Positions 51,501 to 64,000 of a stretch of DNA of 64,000 nt are shown here, one piece after another. The notes beneath the pieces are model-generated. The model had not been told where the DNA came from and searched no databases. It worked only from the letters and a program-made list of their open reading frames with translations. Source of the stretch: the human T2T-CHM13v2.0 reference genome, Homo sapiens; assembly GCF_009914755.1 (NCBI RefSeq), contig NC_060926.1; one strand, 5' to 3'. The translations under genes and the position numbers were made by a program. Numbering within the stretch: position 1 is the first letter of the stretch; each line of letters begins with the position of its first letter.

Positions 51501-51959
51501 TTAACACAGTAATATTAAGTGATATAATATCTGTAATTTCCTTTCCACTCATAAAATATATCAAAGCTGAAATATAGGCTCATCATGGAGCTATTTTTAA
51601 ACAAGGAAATAGAAAAGCAAATTCAAGAAGTGCACAGGGAAAAGCGTGCTGACAAAAACAATTTATTCTAATGGAAGACAGTCGTGTTCTTTGAGTTATA
51701 GAGGCGGAAAAAGCTACACTGGGAATGTGGGAGGCAAGAAATTGTTGCTTACAATTTAAAAGACTTATTGTCCCATTTTTTTCTACATCCAGTTATAATT
51801 TCTTTAGAAGCAAGATCAAATTAGGTTTCCACAACTATTTACAAGTGTACGAATAGTCACAGATGCATTTAACACCACATCGAATACAAAAAGATTATTT
51901 CAGACACGTAAGATATTTTTACCAAAGTAAGAAAGATAAAAAAATTAAAGTCTTGAATG

Positions 51960-52175
51960 TCTCAGTAGCACTGCTGTTAGGGGCACTTGGAATTTCTCTC
52001 CTATTCTACCTGGGTTTAGGCAACTCACTTGAATCTCTGTCTCAGATTTGTCAGTTGCAAATTGGAGATTATTATCTCGACTTCAAAGAGTTATTAGGAA
52101 TATTAAATGACAGAATGAACGTGACAGTGTCCAGGACCATGAGAATCTGACACATGGTAGGCATTTTGTTTGTTT
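51960..52175 (+). mobile_element. MIR-like fragment
   Basis: tttaggcaactcacttgaatctctgtctcagattt. Confidence 0.45.
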
Positions 52176-53184
52176 GCTGCTGCCAGGCATGACACTAAGA
52201 AAATAATTTCTGTGCTTGGTAGTATTGATTTGCTCAATTATCTCTGACTACCTGATAAAATATACAAGATAGTATTTTCTAAGAAATCTTTGAGAAGTCC
52301 AAAAGTGAGCTCATGGAATAAAGCACATGTCACGTCCTTCCCTGAAGGCCCTCAGAAGGTGACATGACACTTATATGTGGATTAAAGCAAAGCCCAAGAA
52401 ATACTGGAATCTTAAAAAAGAAATAAGTTGGACTTCTGAAGGCCTGTGGCAGGAATCTATAAACCTGATTAGATCTAACCACCAGCAAATGCTCATTGGA
52501 GGTGATACTGCTGTCAAATATCAAGCTTTACACATGCTGAAGGGAGGCAACCAGGCTCATTTTTTCCAGTAACCACTGCAGACACGGCACCTGGGGACAG
52601 GGATTAAGGGCTCTTTCAGGGCCAAAAACATGTTTGGGAGCTGAAAAATAAGTTTTGCTTTGAAATACAAAAAGAAATCTGCAACAATGAAAATAATGGA
52701 TATTTATCAAATACCTACAAAAGAAGATATGTCAACTAGTCAACTGCACTTGAGATTGGTATATTTCAATGCGTCTGACAAGCTCAGGGATGGATTTTCC
52801 AAAACTGAAACAGTCTCTGTGGGACAAAAATCTAAAAATGGCCCTAAAAGCTCTACAGTCTCAAAAAACAAAGGTTAATCTTTGTTTTTTTAAAGTAAAG
52901 GAAACTACTCAGTGCCCACACAGCCAAGTGCTGATTTTTCTCCAGCTTCCATTATCACCTCCAGAAGTTTACTTTTTTATTTCTAAACAAAGTCTATTCT
53001 TCCTTTGAAGCTAAAGATTCTTTAGCTACCACTTTCTACCTATCTTCTCCAGGCTTTCAGGGTGTTTTCTTCAAAGGCCTTCTCAACATTTCCTGAAGAC
53101 ATCAGCATCAGAACCCCTAGTGTAAGCCTTGCCAACACCCTGAGGGACTCCCACATCCATGTGTAACCACACTAGAGGAAAATG

Positions 53185-53490
53185 ATGGATAGCACAGTTT
53201 CTAAATCAGACCGACTTTGGATCAAATCCCAGATGCACCAGTTATTAGCAAAATGACCCTGGATTAATCATTGAAGCTTCATTTCTTCCTTGTAAAATGG
53301 GAATACTCACTTCTTCGTAGTGAATATTCTCCTTTACTGTTGTTTTGGTTTTCATTAACTAGATTTTGTAAGTTCTTATTTGATTTTTTATTTTTACAAA
53401 TAGTTTTACATACTAGTATTTTTTTTCATAGCACATTTTATAACAAATGCTCAATGTGGAAGCTATTGCTGGTTATTGTTGTTATTTGAA
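53185..53490 (+). mobile_element. MIR-like fragment
   Basis: tcagaccgactttggatcaaatcccag...cttcatttcttccttgtaaaatgggaata. Confidence 0.55.
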
Positions 53491-53969
53491 TAGCCCTTTC
53501 TACACCTTTAGCCACACAGTTCCTGCCTGGCAGGTCTGAAATGGCATTCATTTCTTCTTTCCCACTTCAGCACCTTACCTCTGTGACCATACTTTGGGTC
53601 TTGCCCTCTTCAGGTCTTTCTTCTGTGGAGTTGCTTCTCTTCTAACATCAACAGAGAAGTTAAAGATACATCTCTTTTCATCAGTATTATCATGAGTAGA
53701 GCGTAAACATTTACTCTATAACCATATACATATGCTTATCTGTCTTCCTCCAGTGTCAGGGGAAAATGGGTCTATTACTCTTCAAGGCTAGACCAATATT
53801 CAGGATCCTTCTACTCTTGTTTCTTCCAAGACACACACTATTCCATATAATATGTTTAACTTCTCCTATCTAGAAGCTTCTTCCCCTTACCAGCCACTCT
53901 ACTTGATACATTGTTTTCCCATTTAATTATAACTGAGCTTATTGCTGTATTAATTTCTTTATTTCTTAT

Positions 53970-54327
53970 TGCTATGGTCTAAATGTTTGTTTCCTTCCAA
54001 AATTCATGTTGAAATCTAACCCCAAAGGTGATGGTTTTAAGAGATGGGGCCTTTGGCAAGTGATTAGGTTATGAGGGTTTTGCCCTCATGAATGGGATTT
54101 GTACCCTTATGAAAGAGGCTTGAAAGAGCTCCTTTTTCTCTTCTGCTATGTGAGGTCATAGCAAGAAGGCCTTTTCTATGAGAAAAGTGCCCTTGTTAGA
54201 TATACAATCTGTTGGTGGCTTGATCTTGAACTTCCCAGCCTCCAGAAATGTAAGCAATAAATTTCTATTGTTTATAAATTACCTAGGGTAAGGTAAGTTG
54301 CTACAGCAGCCTGAATAGACTGAGACA
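53970..54327 (+). mobile_element. MaLR solo LTR (MLT1A/MST-like)
   Basis: TGCTATGGTCT...GACTGAGACA termini, near-identical 5-bp flanks cttat/cctat. Confidence 0.85.
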
Positions 54328-54699
54328 CCTATTCTTTCTGAACCCTCTTTCAGCTTCTTTTCTCATTGTTCTTGCACTATTCATATTGTGTTTTCCACTG
54401 CCTTTCTTATTTCCAAATCCAATAGGCAGAGTTTTTTTTTTAACTTTTTTGCAACATTTTTGGTTGTCACTTATTAATCCAGTGGATACTTAAAAATTGT
54501 ATTTTCATAATGCATAATAGTAAGTGATGTGTTAGGAAACTCTTCAAATAAATTCACTTAAAGGACAACTATTTGTGTTGAGTGACTGAAAAGTCAATGA
54601 GTTCATAGCACTAAACTTGAACTATTTCTCAGGCTATGTCTTCCTTTGGCCTTGGCTTTTTGATAAAACAGCCAGGAAGAATCACCCAAGATACATTTT

Positions 54700-55535
54700 T
54701 TCTGCATCCCATCACTTTCACCAGTTCACCTACTAACTTTTATACTTCATCTTTCTAGAAGCTCTCTCCAAACTTGAATTCCATGGCACCAGCCTCTCTG
54801 GACTCATACAGTTCTGACTTATTCATGAGCAGTTCTCCTCCTGTTGGTCTTCATCAGGTTCTACCTCTTCTTACTCTTGTGTTTTCCCGGGGTTAGCTCA
54901 TCTCCTTTCAAGGCTTCAACTACATTCTGATCACTTCAAGATGATTATCTCTGCCCTATTCATCGCTCGCATGTTCCAGACTTACATTTCACTCTTACTG
55001 GCTATCTCCAAGAGAATCTCAGACTTAAAACACCCAGATTAGACTCCTTATAAATCTGTCCTTCTCCTGGATTTTTCCATCTGAGTTAATAACATCACAA
55101 TCTATTCAATCACCTAAGTGAGAACTCTGGGAATTTTTCTTAATGCTTCCTTCTCCTTATTACCTGCCTCTGAGATGTCAATAAATTCTTTTAATTCTAC
55201 CACCTAAAAATAGCTTGAATCTTTGTAAACTTGTTTATTGCTACTACCGTTTCCAGGTCCTTATTTCTCACTTATTCTATTGGATTTAGCCTCTTAACCG
55301 TTCATTTCTGCCTCCAATCCAAGTCCACCTCAAAGCCCAATAAGCACTCCATGATAAAAATTTCACATAATTTCTCTGATTTAAATCTTCAGCTAGTCTT
55401 GGGAGCCCTACATCACCCAAGATACTGACTGAATCTATTATCCTCCACTCCTGGCTTTTTGGTCCTGTTTTGATTTTGCCCAGCCCATTGCCTTTTTGCA
55501 GCACTGACTAGAACAACGATCGACACATAGTAGCT
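54700..55535 (+). mobile_element. L2-like fragment
   Basis: Degenerate pyrimidine-rich L2 motifs (ggcttcaactacattc, aatctcagacttaaaacaccc). Confidence 0.5.
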
Positions 55536-55538
55536 CCT

Positions 55539-56245
55539 TGGTATGGGCTAAAATGTGAACCCTCCAAAATTCATATGTTGAAATTCTAACTCCTAGTGCC
55601 TCACACTGTGACAGTGTTTTGAGATTAGGTCTTTAAAGAGATGATTAAGTTAAAATGAGCTCATTAGGGTGGGCCCTAACCCAATATGACTGGTGTCCTT
55701 ATAACAACAAGAGATAGGACCAGGAACAGTAGCTCATGCCTGTAATCCCAACACTTTGAGAGATGGAGGTGGGCAGATCGCTGGAGCCCAGGAGTTCAAC
55801 ACCAGGCTGGGCAACATAGCAAGATCTTGTCTGTCTTAAAAAAGAAAAACAAAAACAAAAAATCCTGGGCATGGTGGCGTTCACCTGTAGACCCAGCTAC
55901 TCAGGAGGCTGAGGTGGGAGGATCACTTGAACCTGGGAGATTGAGGCTGCAGTGAGCCATGATCACAACACTGCACTCCAGCCTGGGTGACAGAGTGAGA
56001 TTCTATCTCCAAAAATAAAGAAAAAAAAAAAGAACAAGAGATTAAGACAAAACAGGAACAGAGGAAAGGCCATGTGGAGACAGGAGGAAGATGGAAGTGA
56101 AGGAGAGAAGCCTCAGAAGAAATGAGCTCTGTTGGCACTTTAATCTTCGAACTTCAAGTCTTCAGGACTGTGAGAAAATAAATTTCAGTAAGTTTAAGTT
56201 GCCCAGTCTGTAGTACATTTTTATGGCAGTGCTAGCAAACTAATG
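55539..56245 (+). mobile_element. MaLR LTR (MLT1B-like) interrupted by an Alu
   Basis: attagggtgggccctaacccaatatgactggtgtcctta ... ctagcaaactaat. Confidence 0.8.
55717..56030 (+). mobile_element. Alu (AluJ-like) nested in the MLT1 LTR
   Basis: Both arms, A tail, TSD-like aacaagagat on both sides. Confidence 0.92.
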
Positions 56246-56626
56246 ATATGCTCCATAACATATATCTTAAGGACATGAACAACTTTATCAGATAAATATG
56301 ATGACAATTTGAGCTTTTGGTGACCAACTTTCTCAGAATCCCTGAATCATATTTTAAGGAAATGAGAGTGGAGCAGGCTGGAGAGGACAGGACTTCCTAA
56401 TTGCTTATTACCATATCTCAGCAGCAAAAAACTGCTCATCTCTAGGCCTTCACTTTGGATCTAAGTGTTAATGTGTACTCTTCCATTTAAAATGAGGAAG
56501 CTTTAGCAACAGTTTCACCTTTGGCAAATTCTTTGTCAAAATGAAGGAACACTTATCATCTGTAATGTGAATCTTTGTCTCCCTCCATCTCTGCTGATAG
56601 ATTGTGATTTGGGGACACTTGCAGTA

Positions 56627-56946
56627 TAGTCGTCCTTCAGTATCCTTGTGGGATTGGCTCCAGGACCCCCTAACCCCCAGCGGATATCAAAATATGTGGA
56701 TGCTCAAGTCGCTTATATAAAATAGCATAGTATTTGCATTTAAACTATGCAGATCTTCACATATGCTTTAAATCATCTCTAGATTCCTTATAATACCTAA
56801 TACAATGTAAGTGCTATGTAAATAGTTATGTTGTATTTTTTATTTGTATTTTTTTTATTTTGGGGTTTTTCTTTTTTCAGTATTTGTGATATGCATTTTG
56901 TTGAATTCATGGATGCAGAACATGTGAGTAGGGAGAGGCAACTGTA
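56627..56946 (+). mobile_element. MER2-like Tigger non-autonomous DNA transposon
   Basis: tagtcgtccttcagtatccttgtgggattggctccaggacccc ... ggcaactg termini with flanking TA. Confidence 0.75.
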
Positions 56947-57089
56947 TTGTTAACCCATCAGAGACTACATTCATTAGAGGTTAGTTGAGTAACAACTGTT
57001 GTAAGAGTATATGTAAGTTTAAAAAACAGTAAGCTTTGAAAAAGATAAAAGTAAGTCCTGGCATCCAGAAGCTGGCCTTTGTAATAAAT

Positions 57090-57815
57090 GATGAGCCAAT
57101 ATTGATGCATTATTACTAAAGTTCATAATATACATTAGGGTTCACTGTTGTTTGGACATTCTGTGGGTTTCGATTGATGTTTAATGACATGTATCCACCA
57201 TTGCAGTATCATACACAGTAGTTTCAATGCCCTAAACATCCTCTGTGCTCCACTTGTTCTTCATCTTCTTCCTTCTCTCCCTAAAGCCTGGCAATCACTG
57301 GTTTCTTACTGTCTCTGTACTGTTTTCTTTTTCAGAATACCATATAGTTGGAGTCATACAGTATGTAGCCTTTTCAGATTAACTTCTTTCACTTAGCAAT
57401 ATGCATTTAAGATTCCTTAGTGTCTTTCCATGCCTTAGTCGTGTACTTCTTATTGCCTAAGATTCTACTGTATGTATGTATCTCAGTTTGTTTATCCATT
57501 CACCTATTAAAGGACATCTTGTTTGCTTCCAAGTTTTCGCCATTATGAATAAAGCTGTTATAAACATCTGCATGCAGGTTTTGTGTGGACACAAGTTTTC
57601 AGCTCATTTGGGTAAATGCCAAGGAAACTAATTCCTGGATTGTATGACAAGAGTATGTTCAGTTTTGTAAGAAACTGCCGAACTGTCTTCCAAAGTGGCT
57701 CTGCCGTTTTGCGTTCCCACCAACAGTGAGTGAGAGTTCCTGGTGCTTCACATCCTCACTAGCATTTGGCTTTGTCAGTGCTTTGGATTTTAGCCATTCT
57801 AATAGGTATGTATTC
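57090..57815 (-). mobile_element. Old L1M fragment
   Basis: tttatccattcacctattaaaggacatc...ccaccaacagtgagtgagagttcc. Confidence 0.8.
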
Positions 57816-58712
57816 TGACCCATTTTTTACCATAATAAAATAAGTACTTTGGGATAATTAGGGTGTATTCTACAATAAGAAGAGAATGAGGGAAATAAAA
57901 CAATAACTTTAAACGTGGCTCCTGGGTGGTAGACCAGGCTCATTCCCTGAGTAAATCATTGGTTTTCATATTCTAGCTTTCTAGGATGAGATTAAAATCT
58001 GCACCTAAGAGAAATAAGGAATGAGAACTTTGGGTTACTCATTAAGGTTATATCTGCACATTAGATTTCTAATGTACTTATAATTTTACAGTAATAGCTC
58101 TAAAAGTAGAAAGGACAACAAAATATGTAATATTCACATGGGTTATGGATACTTCCACATATGAGTATTTATACTTAGAAACAGGATAACCTCCACAAAA
58201 GAGTTTTAGTTCCTGCCCCTTTACCTAAGTGGACAACTGGTTCTTGCTAGTACTTTTTCATACTTCTAGTACTTTTGTTTCCTGTGTTGTATTTTTGGGC
58301 AAAAACTTTTGTGTTTAGCTTCTGTCTGAAATGTGCCACATGTTTATTTCTTTAAGAGAAAAGGGTGCATATTGTCTTGTGAATAAATATTTCATTCATT
58401 TATGTGTTGTATACCTGAGAACATGGCCTCAAATATAAGAATTTAGCTGAAACTACTGTTGGTTTAGGACAGAAGTACTTCCTAGAATCAGAAAGACTCA
58501 TGCTCTTTTTCTGTGGATAATATAGAAAAACATAGAGTTATGAAACACAATATATTCTTCTGAAAATAAAGACAAAACCACATGACCTACTTCAGTATCT
58601 CCAGGTACCACTTAGAAGTCATCTTTGAACCAAGTGACACATGGTCCTGATCTTCTGGACACTGTGCAGTGTGGAAGCAGATCTCATCCTTCCTGGAGGT
58701 TGACAGGTCTAA

Positions 58713-59168
<456 letters not shown>

Positions 59169-59339
59169 ACATATGCAATATTTTCAATGTGTTCGTTTTC
59201 AGAAGTCTTTCTAAACAATGTCAAATTTCTTTTTACTGCATTCTTACCACCTCCTAATGTCTAGCAATGATCAATAATTCCCCTGACTGAAAAACCAAAA
59301 GCAAAAGTAAAAACAAAAACAAAACCCATAAAGGTGACT

Positions 59340-59977
59340 TTTTAAAATTTTATTTTAAGTTCCAGGATACATGTGCAGGATGTGCAGGTTTGTTACATAG
59401 GTAAACATGTGCCATGGTGGTTTGCTGCACCTATTAACCCATCACCTAAGTATTATTCCCCACATGCATTAGCTATTCATCCTGATGCTCTCCCTCCCCC
59501 AACCCTCAACAGGCCCCAAGGTGTGTAGTTCCCCTCCCTGTGTCCATCTGTTCTCATTGTTTAACTACCACTTATAAGTGAGAACATGTGGTGTTTGGTT
59601 TTCTGTTCCTGTGTTAGTTTCCTGAAGATAATGGCTTCTAGTTCCATCCATGTCCCTGCAAAGGACATGATCTCATTCCTTTTTATGGCTGCATAGCATT
59701 CCATGGTGTATATGTACCACATTTTCTTTATCCAGTCTATCATTGATGGGTGTTTGGGTTGATTTCATGTTTTTGCTATTGTAAATAGTGCTGCAATGAA
59801 CATACATGGGCATGTATCTTTATAACAGAATGATTTATATTCTTTTGGGTATATACCCAGTAATGGGATTGCTGGGTCAAACGGTATTTCTGGTTCTAGA
59901 TCTTTGAGGAATCACCACACTGTCTTCCACAATTGTTGAACTAATTTACACTCCCCAAAACAGTGTAAAAGCATTTG
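59340..59977 (-). mobile_element. 5'-truncated L1PA (ORF2 end and 3'UTR)
   Basis: ORF MIDWIKKMWYIYTMECYAAIK is an L1 3' signature; TSD taaaggtgactttt / taaaggcgactttt. Confidence 0.95.
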
Positions 59978-60640
59978 TAAAGGCGACTTTTATCAAGACT
60001 CTTGAATAGAGTCATCTTGTGAAATTCCACTTTCCTCACATATAAGGGAGAAAGAAGGGCAGACAGAAGGAGGAACTTGTTCTTAAGCTACTAAATTACC
60101 AAGCTTTACTGGGGATCTGTCTGAGTAAGAGTTTCCAAAGTAAAAAAGCTACATTCTTGGAGACTATTCTAGAGACAGATTTAAACAGAAGTAATAAAGA
60201 TGACATTTGGAACTACGCATGTAGCCATTGATTGCAAGTGTACTTAGGGGCCTTTTTGCCAAAAAATGATAACCTACACAACTTTTTTTGCTGTCAAATT
60301 CCAGAATATAGACTTCAGTCTGTTGAATTTTGCAGGCTTTTATTTGATACATTTAATTGAACATCATCATTATCATTTTGCTGATATGTCAGGGCAGTGG
60401 TATGTCAGGAATTTTAGCTCTCATAACAAATTTATTCAACTACTTAAAACTATTTAGTAATCTACCCAGGATAACTAATCCATTTAAGAAGAACAAAAAT
60501 AAGAAAAAGTTTCAATAATTAAGAAACAGTAAAATAGCTTTGTGAAGAGCACATTATTTGCTGGATTTTATTTTCTGAATTGTACTGACAAAACACCAGT
60601 GTGTAATCTTGACCAAGCTTATGCTATCTTGTTTCCTTAA

Positions 60641-60862
60641 ATAGTGGTTCTCAACCAGGGATGATTTTCTGCCAGGGGATATTTGACAATATTTGGAGAC
60701 ATCATGGTTGTTACATCTGAGGGTGGAGGTGCTAATGACATCTAGTGGGTAGAACCCATAAATGCTGCTAAACATCCTACAGTGTATAGGACAACCCCCC
60801 AAACACACAGAATTATCTAGTCCCAAATGTCAACCTTGTATCAAGGTTGAAAAATCCTGCTT
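60641..60862. mobile_element. MER20-like hAT DNA transposon
   Basis: tagtggttctcaaccaggg ... aaggttgaaaaatcctg terminal inverted repeats. Confidence 0.8.
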
Positions 60863-62710
60863 TAGAGAAATACACCACAAATACCACATTTTCCTCATAT
60901 TTAAATAATTTTAATACATATACAGATATCTCATGAAACATTCATCTCAAAACCTAAGCAAAATACAGTTTTTTATATAGAACATTTTCTGGTCAGTGTA
61001 CACACAAGTTGAATGGTTTTTGAAAAGCATTCTACTGCATTAAAGGACATAAATAAATAAATATATTTATTAAGCTTCTCTCACTAAGTAAAGCACACCA
61101 CTGATACTTCCTCCTGCTTATCTGATACATAAAAGGACATTAAGCCATCATTTCCTGCAGTTTATGTTCCATAACATGGCAGTTGATTAGAAAGATGTAG
61201 TTACTTCTGTTTGAAAATGTAGCTGCTGCTCTGCCCTCTGGCTCACTTTGAAAATCTGTGGTTCTGAAAGCTCAAGGTACTATTTTTACTCTTCGTATTT
61301 GGCTCTGACCTGTGAGCTACATTCCTGCTTCTCATTTCCCTTGGTTTGGCCACACCGGTGGAGAGTGGGGCTGTGGTGTGTTTTTTTAAGGTTGGGGGAG
61401 GGGTTGTAGTTACTCAGACAAGATTCTGATAAGTTCACGCTCAGGGTGGTTTTGACTGAAAACTAGAATTTATAATTTTACAAATCGGATTCTCCTTTTA
61501 GATATGTATTTTTATTAAACATATTATATCTTCCCATGAAAACAGAAACATGGCAAATAATAACTGAATATTGTTGGGCATTTAAAAATATTTTTATTGA
61601 GGCTCAAGCTTAATTTGGAAGAAAATTGTGAACTATATTCTATTTGCAATTACTTTACATGCAATAAAGTAATTTTTCCCTGAGAATGAGATCTAAAGTT
61701 TTCAGATTAAATTGAAATGAAAGAATTTTTTTAAAAAGTTATTAATTCATATGAGCTGTTCTGAAGAAAGCATTAGAAATGTGTTAAAGCTTATTTCAAA
61801 AGGGATCATAATAGAAAAATAATTTGACTTAATGTCTATATAATAAAGGCTAAGATTTTTAAATTGCCTGAAACTGGTACTGAGCTCTTCATTAAAGCAG
61901 GTACCATGTGCGTGGACATTTTGATAGCCCTTTTTAGAGTGCTACAGTCTTATAAGGGTATCTATCTATGAAGTTCCTCAAGGTTCCACATGTTAAAGAT
62001 GTCAAAGTGACTTTTTATTTTCTATGTTCTATTATACCACTATGCATTTTTATAATACTCACTGGACACAAAACAAATGTTAAACTAGGTTTGCATTTGT
62101 CTAGAGAATGACAAGATCTATGCTGACTTTCTTTTTTCTAACATAGGAATAAATTTTTCATCAACTAGCTATATTCCCAGTTATTTCATCACTCAACAAA
62201 GCCACAACTGCATGAAAGGGCTTTAAGCCTGGGACTTTTGGGGGTGAATAAGAGCCTGATTATTTGTTTGGGTATACCAAGTTTTTAGTGAACCATATTT
62301 GAAGTCCTACAATCATATATATATTTATATTTTTTCTTTATTGAATAAATAGAATTTGTTATGACTGCCAAAAAGTACACTATTCTGAGCAAACAAAATT
62401 ATTACCTTATCTGTCTTCTGCTTCCCAGGAAATTTCCTTTAAATTTTGTTCTAAACCTTGACTGTTCTCTTGATCATTTGGCCCCAAACACCAAGTGCTT
62501 GGCAATATCACCTGCCTGTTCCAATGAGAAAATCAAGAACACACTGTGTGTTTAATACCCCTTAGAGATCAGTGAGAGCTAGACGCACATTTAGAAATGG
62601 TCTATTTTGCACCATAATTCACAGGCAAGGAACATGAGGGTCAAAGATTTTAGTGGCCTAAATCCTCAGAGTTCTTCTGTAGCAAAGCTAGGATTAGAAT
62701 TTAGGTTTTT

Positions 62711-63507
62711 ACACATGAAAAAATGCTCATCATCACTGGCCATCAGAGAAATGCAAATCAAAACCACAATGAGATACCATCTCACACCAGTTAGAATGGC
62801 AATCATTAAAAAGTTAGGAAACAACAGGTGCTGGAGAGGATGTGGAGAAATAGGAACACTTTTACACTGTTGGTGGGACTGTAAACTAGTTCAACCATTG
62901 TGGAAGACTGTGGTGATTCCTCAAGGATCTAGAACTAGAAATACCATTTGACCCAGCCATCCCATTACTGGGTATATACCCAAAGGACTATAAATCATGC
63001 TGCTATAAAGACACATGCACACGTATGTTTATTGTGGCACTATTCACAATAGCAAAGACTTGGAACCAGCCCAAATGTCCATCAATGATAGACTGGATTA
63101 AGAAAATGTGGCACATATACAACATGGAATACTATGCAGCCATAAAAAATGATGAGTTCATGTCCTTTGTAGGGACATGGATGAAGCTGGAAACCATCAT
63201 TCTCAGCAAACTATGGCAAGGACAAAAAACCAAACACCGCATGTTCTCACTCATAGGTGGGAATTGAACAATGAGAACACTTGGACACAGGAAGGGGAAC
63301 ATCACACACCGGGGCCTGTTGTGGGGTGGGGGGAGTGGGGAGGGATAGCATTAGGAGATATACCTAATGTAAATGACGAGTTAATGGGTGCAGCACAGCA
63401 GCATGGCACATGTATACACATGTAACAAACCTGCATGTTGTGAACATGTACCCTAGAACTTAAAGTATAATAATTAAAAAAAAAATCCCTCCTGAAAAAA
63501 AAAAAAG
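62711..63507 (+). mobile_element. 5'-truncated L1PA (ORF2 C-terminus, 3'UTR, poly-A)
   Basis: [30 protein letters not shown]...[14 protein letters not shown] (frameshifted), G-rich 3'UTR tract, A tail. Confidence 0.96.
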
Positions 63508-64000
63508 AATTTTGGTCTTTAGCTCCTCCAAATAGTAACATTTTAAGAGGAGTAATACAGAATACTCCAATTCTTTAAAACAAGTGCTCCCTTCTCTATG
63601 AATACAAGATTGAGAATGGGCTCAAAAGCATGACATTTTATAAAATTAGTGTTCCACTATTTTAATGAGCAATATTTAGGATTTCAATTTACTTGCATAA
63701 AGGTACATGATAACCTCAACAAAAAGCCTACATTTACCCAATTAAAAAGGATTCAGATGGCCCTATGTTTCTCAGGGCAACATCAATGGAGGGCCGTTTA
63801 TCTCATCTATGTTATCTCTAAATGGAAATGTTTATATCAGACATATAAAGGCATATCCATCATTAGAAATTTAAAACAAAAGTGAAGATTGTAATTTATT
63901 TTCAGTAACATGTACAGCCAGTGTCATATAATTTAAATATCAATTATACTCTGATTTCAAATATGTCTGTTAATGTTATTAAAATAACCATGTAATCTTT

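Noticed and set aside
55204-55213. Perfect MEF2 motif CTAAAAATAG upstream of the promoter
   Set aside because: Isolated site inside degenerate L2-like sequence; a chance match cannot be excluded
61365-61405. G-rich patch as a G-quadruplex
   Set aside because: Only three long G-runs with a long irregular loop; weak support
59561-63541. ORFs resembling a protein (MIDWIKKMW..., MKKCSSSL...)
   Set aside because: Fragments of truncated, frameshifted L1PA ORF2 and 3'UTR

Overview
Eukaryotic genomic DNA, apparently human (TTN coding sequence plus Alu and L1PA repeats). The window holds the 5' part of the titin gene (TTN) on the minus strand: promoter, non-coding exon 1 (about 48274-48485) and coding exons 2-44 (ATG at 45704, running down to 52). 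The exon boundaries I read give one continuous frame of 10,303 coding nt, covering Z1-Z2, the Z-repeats, Z3-Z9 and proximal I-band Ig domains I1-I15. The gene continues beyond position 1. Exon and domain numbering follow my recollection of the standard TTN annotation. Positions ~48.9-64 kb are repeat-rich upstream sequence with no credible gene. I found no prokaryote-type system. The strongest unexplained signal is an extra, intact, in-frame Z-repeat-like exon in intron 13 (29230-29388), which could be an eighth alpha-actinin-binding repeat or an alternative last exon. Other signals worth checking: a perfect 35-bp hairpin in intron 2, a 5'UTR hairpin and uORF, a recursive-splice-type start of exon 9, a GC-AG intron after exon 34, an open in-frame intron 5, a triple CArG cluster in intron 17, and an antisense solo LTR next to exon 6. 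Repeat subfamily names and boundaries were called by eye and are approximate.
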